From the IMG/VR virus record IMGVR_UViG_3300035656_000018: 64,000 nt of DNA, one strand, 5' to 3'. The stretch comes from an uncultured virus (IMG/VR IMGVR_UViG_3300035656_000018) (lineage: Duplodnaviria > Heunggongvirae > Uroviricota > Caudoviricetes). How positions within the stretch are numbered: position 1 is the stretch's first letter; each line of letters opens with the position of its first letter. The translations under genes and the position numbers were made by a program. The notes below the pieces were generated by a model. The model saw only the letters and a program-made list of their open reading frames with translations. It made no database searches and was not told the origin of the DNA. Positions 1 through 8,420 of this stretch are shown here, in pieces.

Positions 1-5
1 AAAAT

Positions 6-36
6 TTTGTAGATTAAAAAATAGTTCTTATCTTTG
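6..36 (+). promoter_or_regulatory. Bacteroidota primary-sigma promoter, copy 1
   Basis: TTTG (6-9), 19-nt spacer, TATCTTTG (29-36); matches the TTTG-N19-21-TAnnTTTG consensus. Confidence 0.85.
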
Positions 37-103
37 CAATACAGAAACAGAGAGAGGTCTAAAATTTAATGAGAAAAATTTTCAAAAAAAAATCTTTGAA
101 AAT

Positions 104-134
104 TTTGTAGATTAAAAAATAGTTCTTATCTTTG
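104..134 (+). promoter_or_regulatory. Bacteroidota primary-sigma promoter, copy 2
   Basis: TTTG (104-107), 19 nt, TATCTTTG (127-134); upstream of ORF 247. Confidence 0.85.
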
Positions 135-246
135 CAATGTAATCAAAAAACAAAACAAATATTAATCAATCCTTGTTTGAATCGATAAAATCGTTTCAAC
201 TCTTTAAGACAAGGATATAAAAAAAACTTAAAGAGTACGTAATTGT

Positions 247-708
247 ATGACACAAGAAAATTTAGTTTCAGTTAATGAGAGTGCAAATGTTGAAAATTCT
301 TCAAAAGAAAAACCCAACAAAGTAAGTGCTAAAGCACAATCTAAAGCAAACAATATTCTTTATAAGGATATTCTAGCTAATTTGAATAAGTCTACTGAAG
401 GACTTTTAAAAACTTCTTTTGGTGTAAAAAAATCAGATATTTACAAAGAAGAAATTTTTTCAGACCTTTCGGATAAAGAAAAAAAAATTGCTCGAAAGAA
501 ATTTCGTAATACAATTCTTTCATTGGCCGAAAATTTGACCCAAGAAAAGGACAAAACTCGCTTAGAAAAATTGAAAAAAGCGTTTTTAGATTTTTACAAA
601 CAAGTTTACAAAGTAAATGATTTTTCGCTCTCTTCGGTTTGTTCTGAAAATATGAAAGAAACAAACAAAGAAATTTTGAAAAAAGCTTTACAAATCGTGA
701 AAAAATAA
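247..708 (+). CDS. Lys-rich early hypothetical protein
   Basis: 153-aa ORF directly downstream of tandem promoters, followed by a hairpin. Confidence 0.8.
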   Translation: MTQENLVSVNESANVENSSKEKPNKVSAKAQSKANNILYKDILANLNKSTEGLLKTSFGVKKSDIYKEEIFSDLSDKEKKIARKKFRNTILSLAENLTQEKDKTRLEKLKKAFLDFYKQVYKVNDFSLSSVCSENMKETNKEILKKALQIVKK

Positions 709-724
709 ATCAATGTTTAACTTA

Positions 725-748
725 AAGTAGGGATTTAGTTCCCTACTT
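725..748 (+). terminator. Stem-loop, probable weak terminator or processing site
   Basis: AAGTAGGGA/TCCCTACTT inverted repeat. Confidence 0.6.
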
Positions 749-765
749 AAAAATTATAAATCATT

Positions 766-1377
766 ATGAAAACTATTAAATTTTTACAAGAAAGTTTTGA
801 AACAGAAGAAAGATTTCAACAAGAAATTAACATTAAATATTTTTATAATCGAGATACAGTAGAGAGCATAGATTTTCGTATTAATCAACGCAATATTAGA
901 TATTTTTACGAAGCTATGCAAAATTTTGAAAATTCTTTAGTAAACGAGCTCAAAGAAAAGAAAAATAATTTTTGTGATGCAAAGCAATTTTTAGAAAGCA
1001 TTAATGACTTTGATAAAATTTTTTTTGTAATAATTACTTACATGAAAACATATTTTGATTTCTGTAAAGATTATTCTAAAATTAGTTTACATGTACATTT
1101 AGTCCAATTTGATTTTACTACGAGTGTTTTAATTCAAGGTTTCTATAATTATACTCATAGGGATTTAAGTTTTTCTACTAAATTAGAATCCCAAGTATTA
1201 GATTCTGAAAATGAATTGCTACAAGAAAAATTAAACTTAATTAGAAAAGAAATTTGTGAATTAATTGGAATAGACCCCAATTTAAAAAAACAAGGTCACG
1301 AAGATAATTACGTGTTCAATTTAAATATTGAATCCGATAATCAAATAGGATTTTTCTTGCAAGCAACTGAATTATAA
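766..1377 (+). CDS. Acidic early hypothetical protein
   Basis: 203-aa ORF with AT-rich start context. Confidence 0.8.
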   Translation: MKTIKFLQESFETEERFQQEINIKYFYNRDTVESIDFRINQRNIRYFYEAMQNFENSLVNELKEKKNNFCDAKQFLESINDFDKIFFVIITYMKTYFDFCKDYSKISLHVHLVQFDFTTSVLIQGFYNYTHRDLSFSTKLESQVLDSENELLQEKLNLIRKEICELIGIDPNLKKQGHEDNYVFNLNIESDNQIGFFLQATEL

Positions 1378-1398
1378 TTAATTCTTAAAATTTTTTAG

Positions 1399-1433
1399 AA
1401 AGTAAGGGAATGTTTGTCCCTTACTTTTTTTTT
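1399..1433 (+). terminator. Rho-independent terminator
   Basis: AAAGTAAGGGA/TCCCTTACTTT stem followed by a long T run. Confidence 0.85.
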
Positions 1434-1446
1434 GACTTATTCTAAA

Positions 1447-1640
1447 TAAGGGGTACCGTACCCCGCATTTAGTACCTGGTATTTTTAGGCTTTCGTATTA
1501 AGGGGTACCTTGAACACAAACCACGAATTTACTACCACAACTTTTTACCTCCTCGTATTAAGGGCATTGCCTAGAAAAGCCTTGAACACACACAAAAATT
1601 TCTACACACGTTAAGGGCATACCAAGACACAACACACAAA
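1447..1640. repeat. Degenerate ~55-bp periodic repeat array (non-coding)
   Basis: TAAGGG at 1447, 1499, 1559, 1612; TCGTATTAAGGG x2; CCTTGAACACA x2; palindrome GGGGTAC-C-GTACCCC at 1450-1464. Confidence 0.75.
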
Positions 1641-1675
1641 GAAGCCAGAGAATAAAAACATCCCTGGCATTCATC

Positions 1676-1927
1676 TCACAAAAGAATATCCAATATCTCT
1701 TTAATCTTATTCTTCCAAATAATCCTTCTACCATTCCTTACTTCATAGAAGAAAACATAATACTTCTGAATCTCAATACACCATAACCGATTACCTCCTT
1801 CTAATAAAGGTTCTATTCTCATCATATCTCCTGGATCAATCCAAATCTGATACCAAATACTCTTACCTTCAGAACATCTTAAGATTCTCTTTTCACTATC
1901 TTCTCTTAATCTATCAATCCTTACCAT
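1676..1927 (-). CDS. Hypothetical protein
   Basis: 83-aa ORF, last gene of an overlapping minus-strand chain. Confidence 0.7.
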   Translation of the reverse strand: MVRIDRLREDSEKRILRCSEGKSIWYQIWIDPGDMMRIEPLLEGGNRLWCIEIQKYYVFFYEVRNGRRIIWKNKIKEILDILL

Positions 1928-2390
1928 ACTCTTCCTTAATCCTTTCCAAATCCTTTAAAGCCAATTTCAAAACCTTAATCCTATGTGGGATATATTTCTT
2001 ATAGGGAGGAAACCAATACCCAAATATCCGATCCTCTTTATCAATCTTATCTATGGGAGTCTTCAACCATCGATTACCTCTTATGATATGATACTCTCCA
2101 TAACCTATATAACTAAATCTTTCAGGAAACCAGAGATGGGTAATACCAAACCTTTCAGGTTTGAACCGGGGTTTAATTACACTATGCCAGAATTCATGGT
2201 TCTGATTATCGAATATCCTACACATCCCTAGGTTAGTTTCTGCATGTCTTAGGAAATCAATTACCTTGATTATCTCATGCTTTACTTTCTCATAGTTTTC
2301 AAATATCCTCATCTCTATGGTGAAGTCATTCTTTGCTTTTTCATCTATATTACTCATGATACTAATCCATATAAGAATATTATAAACCAA
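1914..2390 (-). CDS. Hypothetical protein (true start possibly the internal MSNID Met)
   Basis: 158-aa ORF in the minus-strand operon. Confidence 0.7.
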   Translation of the reverse strand: MVYNILIWISIMSNIDEKAKNDFTIEMRIFENYEKVKHEIIKVIDFLRHAETNLGMCRIFDNQNHEFWHSVIKPRFKPERFGITHLWFPERFSYIGYGEYHIIRGNRWLKTPIDKIDKEDRIFGYWFPPYKKYIPHRIKVLKLALKDLERIKEEYGKD

Positions 2391-2743
2391 GCCACTAGGA
2401 TAAAGATATAAGGGATTGCATACTTCTTAAATGAGTATCCTTCTATCCCATCATGGAGGGCGGCATATATAAATACTATTGGCCATAGCAACATCATTAA
2501 TGCTACTCCCAGTAATTTAAACCAAGTAAAGCCAAGGCATACTAGAGCATCAAAATTCATTGAGCTACCCTTATAATTACCGTGACTATCGAAGTGATAG
2601 TAGTTCTTAGGTTTTAATACTTGCTCAGATCCTAGGTAGGGTGGTAGGTCCTTTTTAATGAACCTACCCTTGCTATCTCTTGCCCTTTCCCTTAGGAGTT
2701 TGGGAGCAGATAAATCTTCGTCGTAATCTTTAATTCTAGCCAT
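2354..2743 (-). CDS. Membrane protein
   Basis: Basic N-terminus (RARDSKGRF) plus two hydrophobic segments. Confidence 0.7.
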   Translation of the reverse strand: MARIKDYDEDLSAPKLLRERARDSKGRFIKKDLPPYLGSEQVLKPKNYYHFDSHGNYKGSSMNFDALVCLGFTWFKLLGVALMMLLWPIVFIYAALHDGIEGYSFKKYAIPYIFILVAWFIIFLYGLVS

Positions 2744-2924
2744 TGTTTTTCTTTTTAAAGAATATTAGGTAAATAGGAAATAAAGGTAATACTAACCAGA
2801 TGGTAAGAAATAATAGGTTGGGTCTGATCATCCTGATTTCTTGACATAACATCTTAGTTAGAAGTATAGAGGGGATTAGGCATATCCCATAGATTATGCC
2901 TAATATTATCCAAGTACTATTCAT
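2736..2924 (-). CDS. Small two-TM membrane protein
   Basis: 62 aa, two hydrophobic helices, basic C-terminus. Confidence 0.7.
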   Translation of the reverse strand: MNSTWIILGIIYGICLIPSILLTKMLCQEIRMIRPNLLFLTIWLVLPLFPIYLIFFKKKNNG

Positions 2925-3303
2925 TGAGTTTTTCGATTAGTTTTTTAAGTTTCTTATCTAAGGTTATCACTTTCTCAAGAGTTTCATCATCCTTGTGTTT
3001 CCCGTTATCATCCAACCATTTTTTGATTGCCTCTAAGGATTTCTTAGATTGGTGATATGCAACAAAGGAATTGTACTTCTGTTCATTCTCTGTAGTACAA
3101 GGTAGGATTATTGCATTACCTTTCCCATCTAATCGAGTAAATTGACCCTCTAGATTTGTTGTTCTAGTAATTATTACCTTATTAGATAATATTGCAGTAC
3201 CATTCTTTTTATCGATAGATACTACGTTTGCCTTTTCCATTAGGGTTTTGTCTTGGTAAATTACCGAGTTACCCTCTTTGAGTTTTATTACTTCTTTTTT
3301 CAT
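2917..3303 (-). CDS. Hypothetical protein
   Basis: 128-aa ORF preceded by a host-type promoter. Confidence 0.75.
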   Translation of the reverse strand: MKKEVIKLKEGNSVIYQDKTLMEKANVVSIDKKNGTAILSNKVIITRTTNLEGQFTRLDGKGNAIILPCTTENEQKYNSFVAYHQSKKSLEAIKKWLDDNGKHKDDETLEKVITLDKKLKKLIEKLNE

Positions 3304-3329
3304 ATAAATAATGTATTTATTTCGTTATA

Positions 3330-3360
3330 CAAATATACTATTTTATTTTTAAATATCAAT
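3330..3360 (-). promoter_or_regulatory. Bacteroidota-type promoter driving the minus-strand cluster
   Basis: Minus strand reads ATTG-N19-TATATTTG. Confidence 0.65.
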
Positions 3361-3724
3361 CATTATTAAATAAATTCTGCAAATCTTCTGAGGTTATCCC
3401 ATGCTGACGGTAGTAGTCGTATTCCCAAGGATTGAGAGGTTTGCAATTGACTGGGTATTCGTCTCTTAATTCGAAAGGCAAATAGCCAAGAAATTCTATA
3501 CTGTTGAAATACTGTATCTTACCGTCAGTAAATAAGAAATATTTCAAGGGTCTATCGATTGCCTTACCGAAATTACTTCCTATTAATCTGATATCCTTGT
3601 TGGCAATGTAAACATGATACTTATCAGTTATCAAATATACCTGGGTATTCCAGGGTTTCTTCGATTCATCTAAGGTTTTCCTAAACCAATCAACCATAAT
3701 CTGTTGTTTCTTTTCCATAACCAT
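3356..3724 (-). CDS. Hypothetical protein
   Basis: 122-aa ORF divergent from the endolysin gene. Confidence 0.7.
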   Translation of the reverse strand: MVMEKKQQIMVDWFRKTLDESKKPWNTQVYLITDKYHVYIANKDIRLIGSNFGKAIDRPLKYFLFTDGKIQYFNSIEFLGYLPFELRDEYPVNCKPLNPWEYDYYRQHGITSEDLQNLFNND

Positions 3725-3829
3725 AATTAAATTATTTATTCATTGATAAATAGAACTCGATATACCTACCTAAGAAAGGCTACAAGCAATACTTTATCCT
3801 CTTTAATGTAAACTCTAAGAATTTATATT

Positions 3830-4438
3830 ATGGATAAACTTACTAACGAATTAATTGCCAAGGTTGCAAACAAGTTAAACCTTGAACCAGCTCTGTTAAA
3901 GACAGTAACTGTAGTAGAATGTGGTAATCGAGACGGATTTTTACCCTCTGGTAGACCTCAAATTCTCTTCGAGGGTCATGTAATGTGGAAATATTTGAAG
4001 ATAAAACTCGATGGAGAAGGTAAAAGAACCTATTTATACGATCTAGCCAAGAGAAATCCATCCTTAGTTTATCAAAAATGGACCAAAGAATTCTACTTAG
4101 GAGGTGAAGGAGAGTGGAAAAGACTCGAAGCAGCTCGTAAAATTGATGAAAACTGTGCTAATTTAGCTACTTCTTGGGGATTGGGACAGATTATGGGCTT
4201 CAATTATCAGCTTTGTGGATGTCAATCAGTGGATGAAATGATCCAAAAGATGTCTGAATCTCATGAAATGCAGCTAGAAATGATGTACCATTTCCTCTAT
4301 AACTCCGGTTTAGTGAAGCATTTGAAGGCAAAAGACTGGGATGCCTTCGCTAAAGGATATAATGGTCCTGGTTACAAAGATAATAACTACGACCAAAAGC
4401 TAAGAAATACCTATGAAAACTTTAAAGACAAGCTATGA
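3830..4438 (+). CDS. Endolysin, N-acetylmuramidase (DUF3380/Muraidase-type)
   Basis: VE..G...GF, PQILFEGH, SWGLGQIMGFN, FAKGYNGP.Y..N.YD.KL motifs. Confidence 0.85.
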   Translation: MDKLTNELIAKVANKLNLEPALLKTVTVVECGNRDGFLPSGRPQILFEGHVMWKYLKIKLDGEGKRTYLYDLAKRNPSLVYQKWTKEFYLGGEGEWKRLEAARKIDENCANLATSWGLGQIMGFNYQLCGCQSVDEMIQKMSESHEMQLEMMYHFLYNSGLVKHLKAKDWDAFAKGYNGPGYKDNNYDQKLRNTYENFKDKL

Positions 4439-4785
4439 AAGTAATCTACAACAACCTTATACCTTTCAAGGGATACAAAGCTATCAACATCTTTGGTTTA
4501 GTGTTTGTAAGAAAGGGGGCTAAGTTTACTGAGGTGGATTATAACCATGAACATATACATTCAAAGCAAATGGCTGAGATGTTATGGGTATTTTTCTACC
4601 TTTGGTATGGAATCGAGTACTTAATCATCCTTTGTTTTGCTAAATGGAACAAGCAGAATGAAAGGTATCATGATGTAAGTTTTGAGGAAGAAGCTCATAA
4701 TAATGATTCGAACCTGGATTATATTTCAACTAGGAAGCATTATGCTTGGTTCAAATACATAAAATTGAGAAGTTACAAGAAATGA
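4435..4785 (+). CDS. Small HExxH zinc-metallopeptidase-like protein
   Basis: NHEHIH..Q and SFEEEA motifs, with a hydrophobic segment between them. Confidence 0.6.
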   Translation: MKVIYNNLIPFKGYKAINIFGLVFVRKGAKFTEVDYNHEHIHSKQMAEMLWVFFYLWYGIEYLIILCFAKWNKQNERYHDVSFEEEAHNNDSNLDYISTRKHYAWFKYIKLRSYKK

Positions 4786-5795
4786 AAGACTTAAAAGTAC
4801 TGGGAGTATGTGGAGGGCAAGGAGCCCTCCTATTCCCTTTTAGAGATAAACTTATTGGAAATATAGAACCTCGTGGAGTATTCCATACCGGTAGAGAAGA
4901 ACAGTGGAAAGCTAATTTCAAAGGCATACCTTTCTTAAAAGGGTATGAACTACCAGAAGATTGGCATCCAGATATCATATTATCTAGCCCTGATTGTGGT
5001 AGTTGCTCAGTAATGAGATTATCTAAATCTAAGACCCTAGGAGACCCTAAAAGTAATAAAAGTATACAACTAGTATTTCAAGCAATTCAATATTACGAAC
5101 CTGCTCTCTTTCTTATAGAAAACCTACCAAGATTGCTATCCCTCATTTCTAAAGAAATGTTAACGGATTTCTTTAAGAACTATAAACTTATTTTTCACGA
5201 AAGAAGCGTTTCTGACTTCGGAAACTCCCAAGTATCAAGAAAAAGATTAGTAATTATCGGAGTTCATTTAGACAAGGGAAAAGAGTATTTGGATTCTTTT
5301 AATGAAGTATTCCAAGTAAATACTCCAAAACTTACTAGAGATTTACTAGTACAAGCCCCACAGGAAGCTTTAATTCCATTCTCTGATAAAGTTTTAGCCA
5401 TGTATGATTATCGGAAATTACCTGAAAAGAAAAATCTTACAGTCAGACAAGTAAGACAACTTTGGACTCATGATTTCAAGGATGAAAAGAAATGGCCTAT
5501 TAAAACTGCTAAGATGAGTACTCTCCCGGGAGTATATCGATTGGAAGATGATAAACCACCTTTAACACTCAGACCCTCAGATAGGCAATTTAGACCTGAT
5601 GGGTATCCTTTGGGTATTTATGATTTCAAGGCAATTATGGGATTCCCTGAAAATTACCGAGTATTTATTCGAGGATTTGCAACTTGGGATCCTAAGACTT
5701 ATCATTACTGGTTAAATAAAGCTAGGTATACCTTGAGCAAAGGGTCAGTATATGAAGTAGGATTATGGTTTAAGAAATGCCTTAATTTCAAGTGA
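4782..5795 (+). CDS. C5-cytosine DNA methyltransferase-fold protein (atypical cofactor-binding motifs)
   Basis: Motif I CGGQG, IV SPDC, VI IENL, VIII QVSRKR, IX IMGFPENY; start set at ATG 4782 (ATGA overlap with the upstream stop). Confidence 0.8.
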   Translation: MKDLKVLGVCGGQGALLFPFRDKLIGNIEPRGVFHTGREEQWKANFKGIPFLKGYELPEDWHPDIILSSPDCGSCSVMRLSKSKTLGDPKSNKSIQLVFQAIQYYEPALFLIENLPRLLSLISKEMLTDFFKNYKLIFHERSVSDFGNSQVSRKRLVIIGVHLDKGKEYLDSFNEVFQVNTPKLTRDLLVQAPQEALIPFSDKVLAMYDYRKLPEKKNLTVRQVRQLWTHDFKDEKKWPIKTAKMSTLPGVYRLEDDKPPLTLRPSDRQFRPDGYPLGIYDFKAIMGFPENYRVFIRGFATWDPKTYHYWLNKARYTLSKGSVYEVGLWFKKCLNFK

Positions 5796-5831
5796 ATCCC
5801 CCCTATATAAATCTAATAGGCTTTTAAAGGG

Positions 5832-5861
5832 TATTGGAATAAGGAATATTGGAATAAGGAA
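5832..5861 (+). repeat. 15-bp tandem repeat in intergenic DNA
   Basis: TATTGGAATAAGGAA x2, followed by a degenerate third copy. Confidence 0.85.
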
Positions 5862-6035
5862 TACTGATATAAGAATCAATCAGGAAAAGGGATTGTTAAG
5901 GGAAAAACAAAGCCAGTTTCGTAACTGATTGAATTTGAATTAGTTGGCTTATGCCAGACTTGGCAAATGAATGCCAAGCACCTGATATAGAGTGAGTTGA
6001 CTATTATGAATTGAAACCGAAAAACTCAAGTAACA

Positions 6036-6305
6036 ATGAACAAAGAAATTTTATACAGAACGGAGATATTACCGAAAAATCTGAAGAGTATGTTTAATCT
6101 CTTGGCAACTTTTTATAATCGAGTTGTAAAGAGTCACAAGGGAAAAATCAGAATGAGTATTACTCAAGATTCAAAAGGGATTGATATTCGATTTAGAATT
6201 CCGACTACTGACTTCAGTAATAATTTCAAAGTAATTTTGGGAGTAATAATTGATAGATACAAAACAAAAGATGCCTATCTCAGATCAAAAGATGAAGAAG
6301 CTTAA
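6036..6305 (+). CDS. Hypothetical protein
   Basis: 89-aa basic ORF upstream of the terminase region. Confidence 0.65.
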   Translation: MNKEILYRTEILPKNLKSMFNLLATFYNRVVKSHKGKIRMSITQDSKGIDIRFRIPTTDFSNNFKVILGVIIDRYKTKDAYLRSKDEEA

Positions 6306-6912
6306 GATTGCCATGGTAGTCCTTTTACTAGGATTTACTATTTACCTTTGCTTCAGGAATTACAAACTGAATCAACAACTCAGTATGTTACCTGATAAAG
6401 AGATCATTCAACATACTGATACAATTTATTTGAGGAAAGATTTCCTGCCAATTTCCTACGATAATTTACTTAACCCAAGTAGAATCCTTCTTTACAATTA
6501 TCAGAATTGGGATAAGCCGCCTATTCATGCCGCTAATAAACCTGATTCTATAATCTCAGAGAAGGATTCTCTTGTTCAATTAGTAATCGATAAGAATCAA
6601 CTTACATTGAGTTTCCTTAATCAAAACTCAGGAATTTATTCTAGTAGGTTATTCAATATCGACCCTAATAACTACAAGTATTCTTGGTATAACGGAAAAC
6701 TTACCACACAAGAAATTAAATCTAGAATAAGATTAGTTCCTTATGTTTATGGTAAGTACCGACCCTTTAACAATCTATGGGATTTGGGAACAGGAATTTC
6801 AATCGAGACTAAGAGATTTAATTACAAACTGGGGATAAACAGTTTTTATTACCCAAGATATTTCTCAGGTATCAAAACTGATTTAGAACTGGTAGTAACT
6901 TATAAATTTTAG
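6292..6912 (+). CDS. Membrane-anchored protein, possible spanin-like
   Basis: N-terminal TM helix (start ATG 6292); C-terminal amphipathic beta-strands ending in YKF. Confidence 0.5.
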   Translation: MKKLKIAMVVLLLGFTIYLCFRNYKLNQQLSMLPDKEIIQHTDTIYLRKDFLPISYDNLLNPSRILLYNYQNWDKPPIHAANKPDSIISEKDSLVQLVIDKNQLTLSFLNQNSGIYSSRLFNIDPNNYKYSWYNGKLTTQEIKSRIRLVPYVYGKYRPFNNLWDLGTGISIETKRFNYKLGINSFYYPRYFSGIKTDLELVVTYKF

Positions 6913-6917
6913 ATTTT

Positions 6918-8420
6918 ATGGCAAAGAAGATACAGGAAACACCCACTAACCTTACAAGAGAAGAATTATCTAATCTATCTAGGGTTACAACGGATGTTTT
7001 CTTTTTCAGTCTTTTTTGTTATGTGATACATCCAGTGAGAGGAAAGGTTCGATTTGAATTATATCCGTATCAAAAAGCCGTACTATACCAATTTATACTC
7101 CAGAGATTCAATATCTTGTTAAAGTTCAGGCAAGCGGGTATTACAGAACTTATATCTATGTACTGCTTATGGCTGGCATCATATCATCCTAATAAGAAGA
7201 TAAACATTATCTCCATTAAGGATACAACAGCTAAGAAGGTACTTAAGAAGATTAAGTTCATGTATAAGAATCTTCCATGGTATATGCAAACCCCGATCAT
7301 TAACGGAAGAACTGGGGAATTTGGTTCTGCCTCTATGATTGAATTCGATAATGGTTCATTCATAGAATCGATCCCAACATCTTCCGAAGCCGGTCGTTCA
7401 GAATCTCTTTCTCTCCTGGTAATTGATGAGGCTGCAATCGTTCGGTGGGCTTCAGCTATTTGGGCAGCTGCCTTCCCTACGCTTTCCACCGGAGGTTCAG
7501 CCATCATCAATTCTACTCCATACGGTATGGGTAATTTTTACCATTCAACATGGGTAGATGCTATAGCTGGAGGTAATCCTTTCAATGCTATTCGATTATA
7601 TTGGCAGATGCACCCAGAACGGGATCAATCTTGGTATGACCAGATGGCTTCTGCATTGGGTCCAAAAAGAACTGCACAAGAAATCGATGGAGACTTTCTT
7701 TCTTCAGGTAATACAGTATTTGATATGGCAGATATCAAGGCTATCGAAGATTGCTTAAGTGATTATCCAGTTTTAAAATATCGTTTCAATCGTCAGTATA
7801 GACAATTCAACGAACCAGATCCAAATAAACAGTACTTTATCGGTGCAGACGTTGCAACAGGTAGAGGCTCAGACTATTCTTCTTTCACTTGTATGGACAA
7901 GCTGGGAGAAGAACAAGTTGTGTATAAGGGAAGAATGGCAGTAGATAAATATGCTAGGTTACTGGGAGATACTGGGCAATTATTTAATTTTGCTGTTGTA
8001 GCTCCAGAATCTAACGACGTTGGGTTAGCAGTAACTTCTGCTCTTCAGTCAGAAGGTTACCCTAACCTATATTACTATCAAAAGCTTCTGAAAAAGAAAG
8101 GTAAGTCCAGACCAGAGGTTGATAAATCTCCAGGTTGGTTAACTACCCAAAAGAATCGTTCAGTAATTATAGAGGGTCTAGAACAAGATATTCGAGAAGA
8201 GAATATTATTGTGAAGGATCCTTTCTTTGTTCAAGAAGCTCCTACCTTTATATATGATGGTTTGGGTAGACCTGTAGCCATGGGTAAACACAGAAATAAT
8301 ACTTCTGCTGTAGATGTGGATTTGGAAGGAGATGTTTATTCTGACGATGATATATTTGGTAAAGCAATTTGTAATCACATACGAAAAGGAAAAACTAATG
8401 TAATAATACAACCGAAATGA
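6918..8420 (+). CDS. terL: Terminase large subunit
   Basis: KFRQAGIT, LVIDEAA, INSTPYG, GADVATG..DYS, PESNDVG motifs. Confidence 0.93.
   Translation: MAKKIQETPTNLTREELSNLSRVTTDVFFFSLFCYVIHPVRGKVRFELYPYQKAVLYQFILQRFNILLKFRQAGITELISMYCLWLASYHPNKKINIISIKDTTAKKVLKKIKFMYKNLPWYMQTPIINGRTGEFGSASMIEFDNGSFIESIPTSSEAGRSESLSLLVIDEAAIVRWASAIWAAAFPTLSTGGSAIINSTPYGMGNFYHSTWVDAIAGGNPFNAIRLYWQMHPERDQSWYDQMASALGPKRTAQEIDGDFLSSGNTVFDMADIKAIEDCLSDYPVLKYRFNRQYRQFNEPDPNKQYFIGADVATGRGSDYSSFTCMDKLGEEQVVYKGRMAVDKYARLLGDTGQLFNFAVVAPESNDVGLAVTSALQSEGYPNLYYYQKLLKKKGKSRPEVDKSPGWLTTQKNRSVIIEGLEQDIREENIIVKDPFFVQEAPTFIYDGLGRPVAMGKHRNNTSAVDVDLEGDVYSDDDIFGKAICNHIRKGKTNVIIQPK

Larger units (their letters stand above)
1..138 (+). 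repeat. 40-bp exact direct repeat (1-40 and 99-138) containing the promoter
   Basis: AAAATTTTGTAGATTAAAAAATAGTTCTTATCTTTGCAAT occurs twice. Confidence 0.95.

Noticed and set aside
1447..1640. CRISPR mini-array
   Set aside because: Repeat cores are short and degenerate, spacers share sub-motifs, and there are no cas genes
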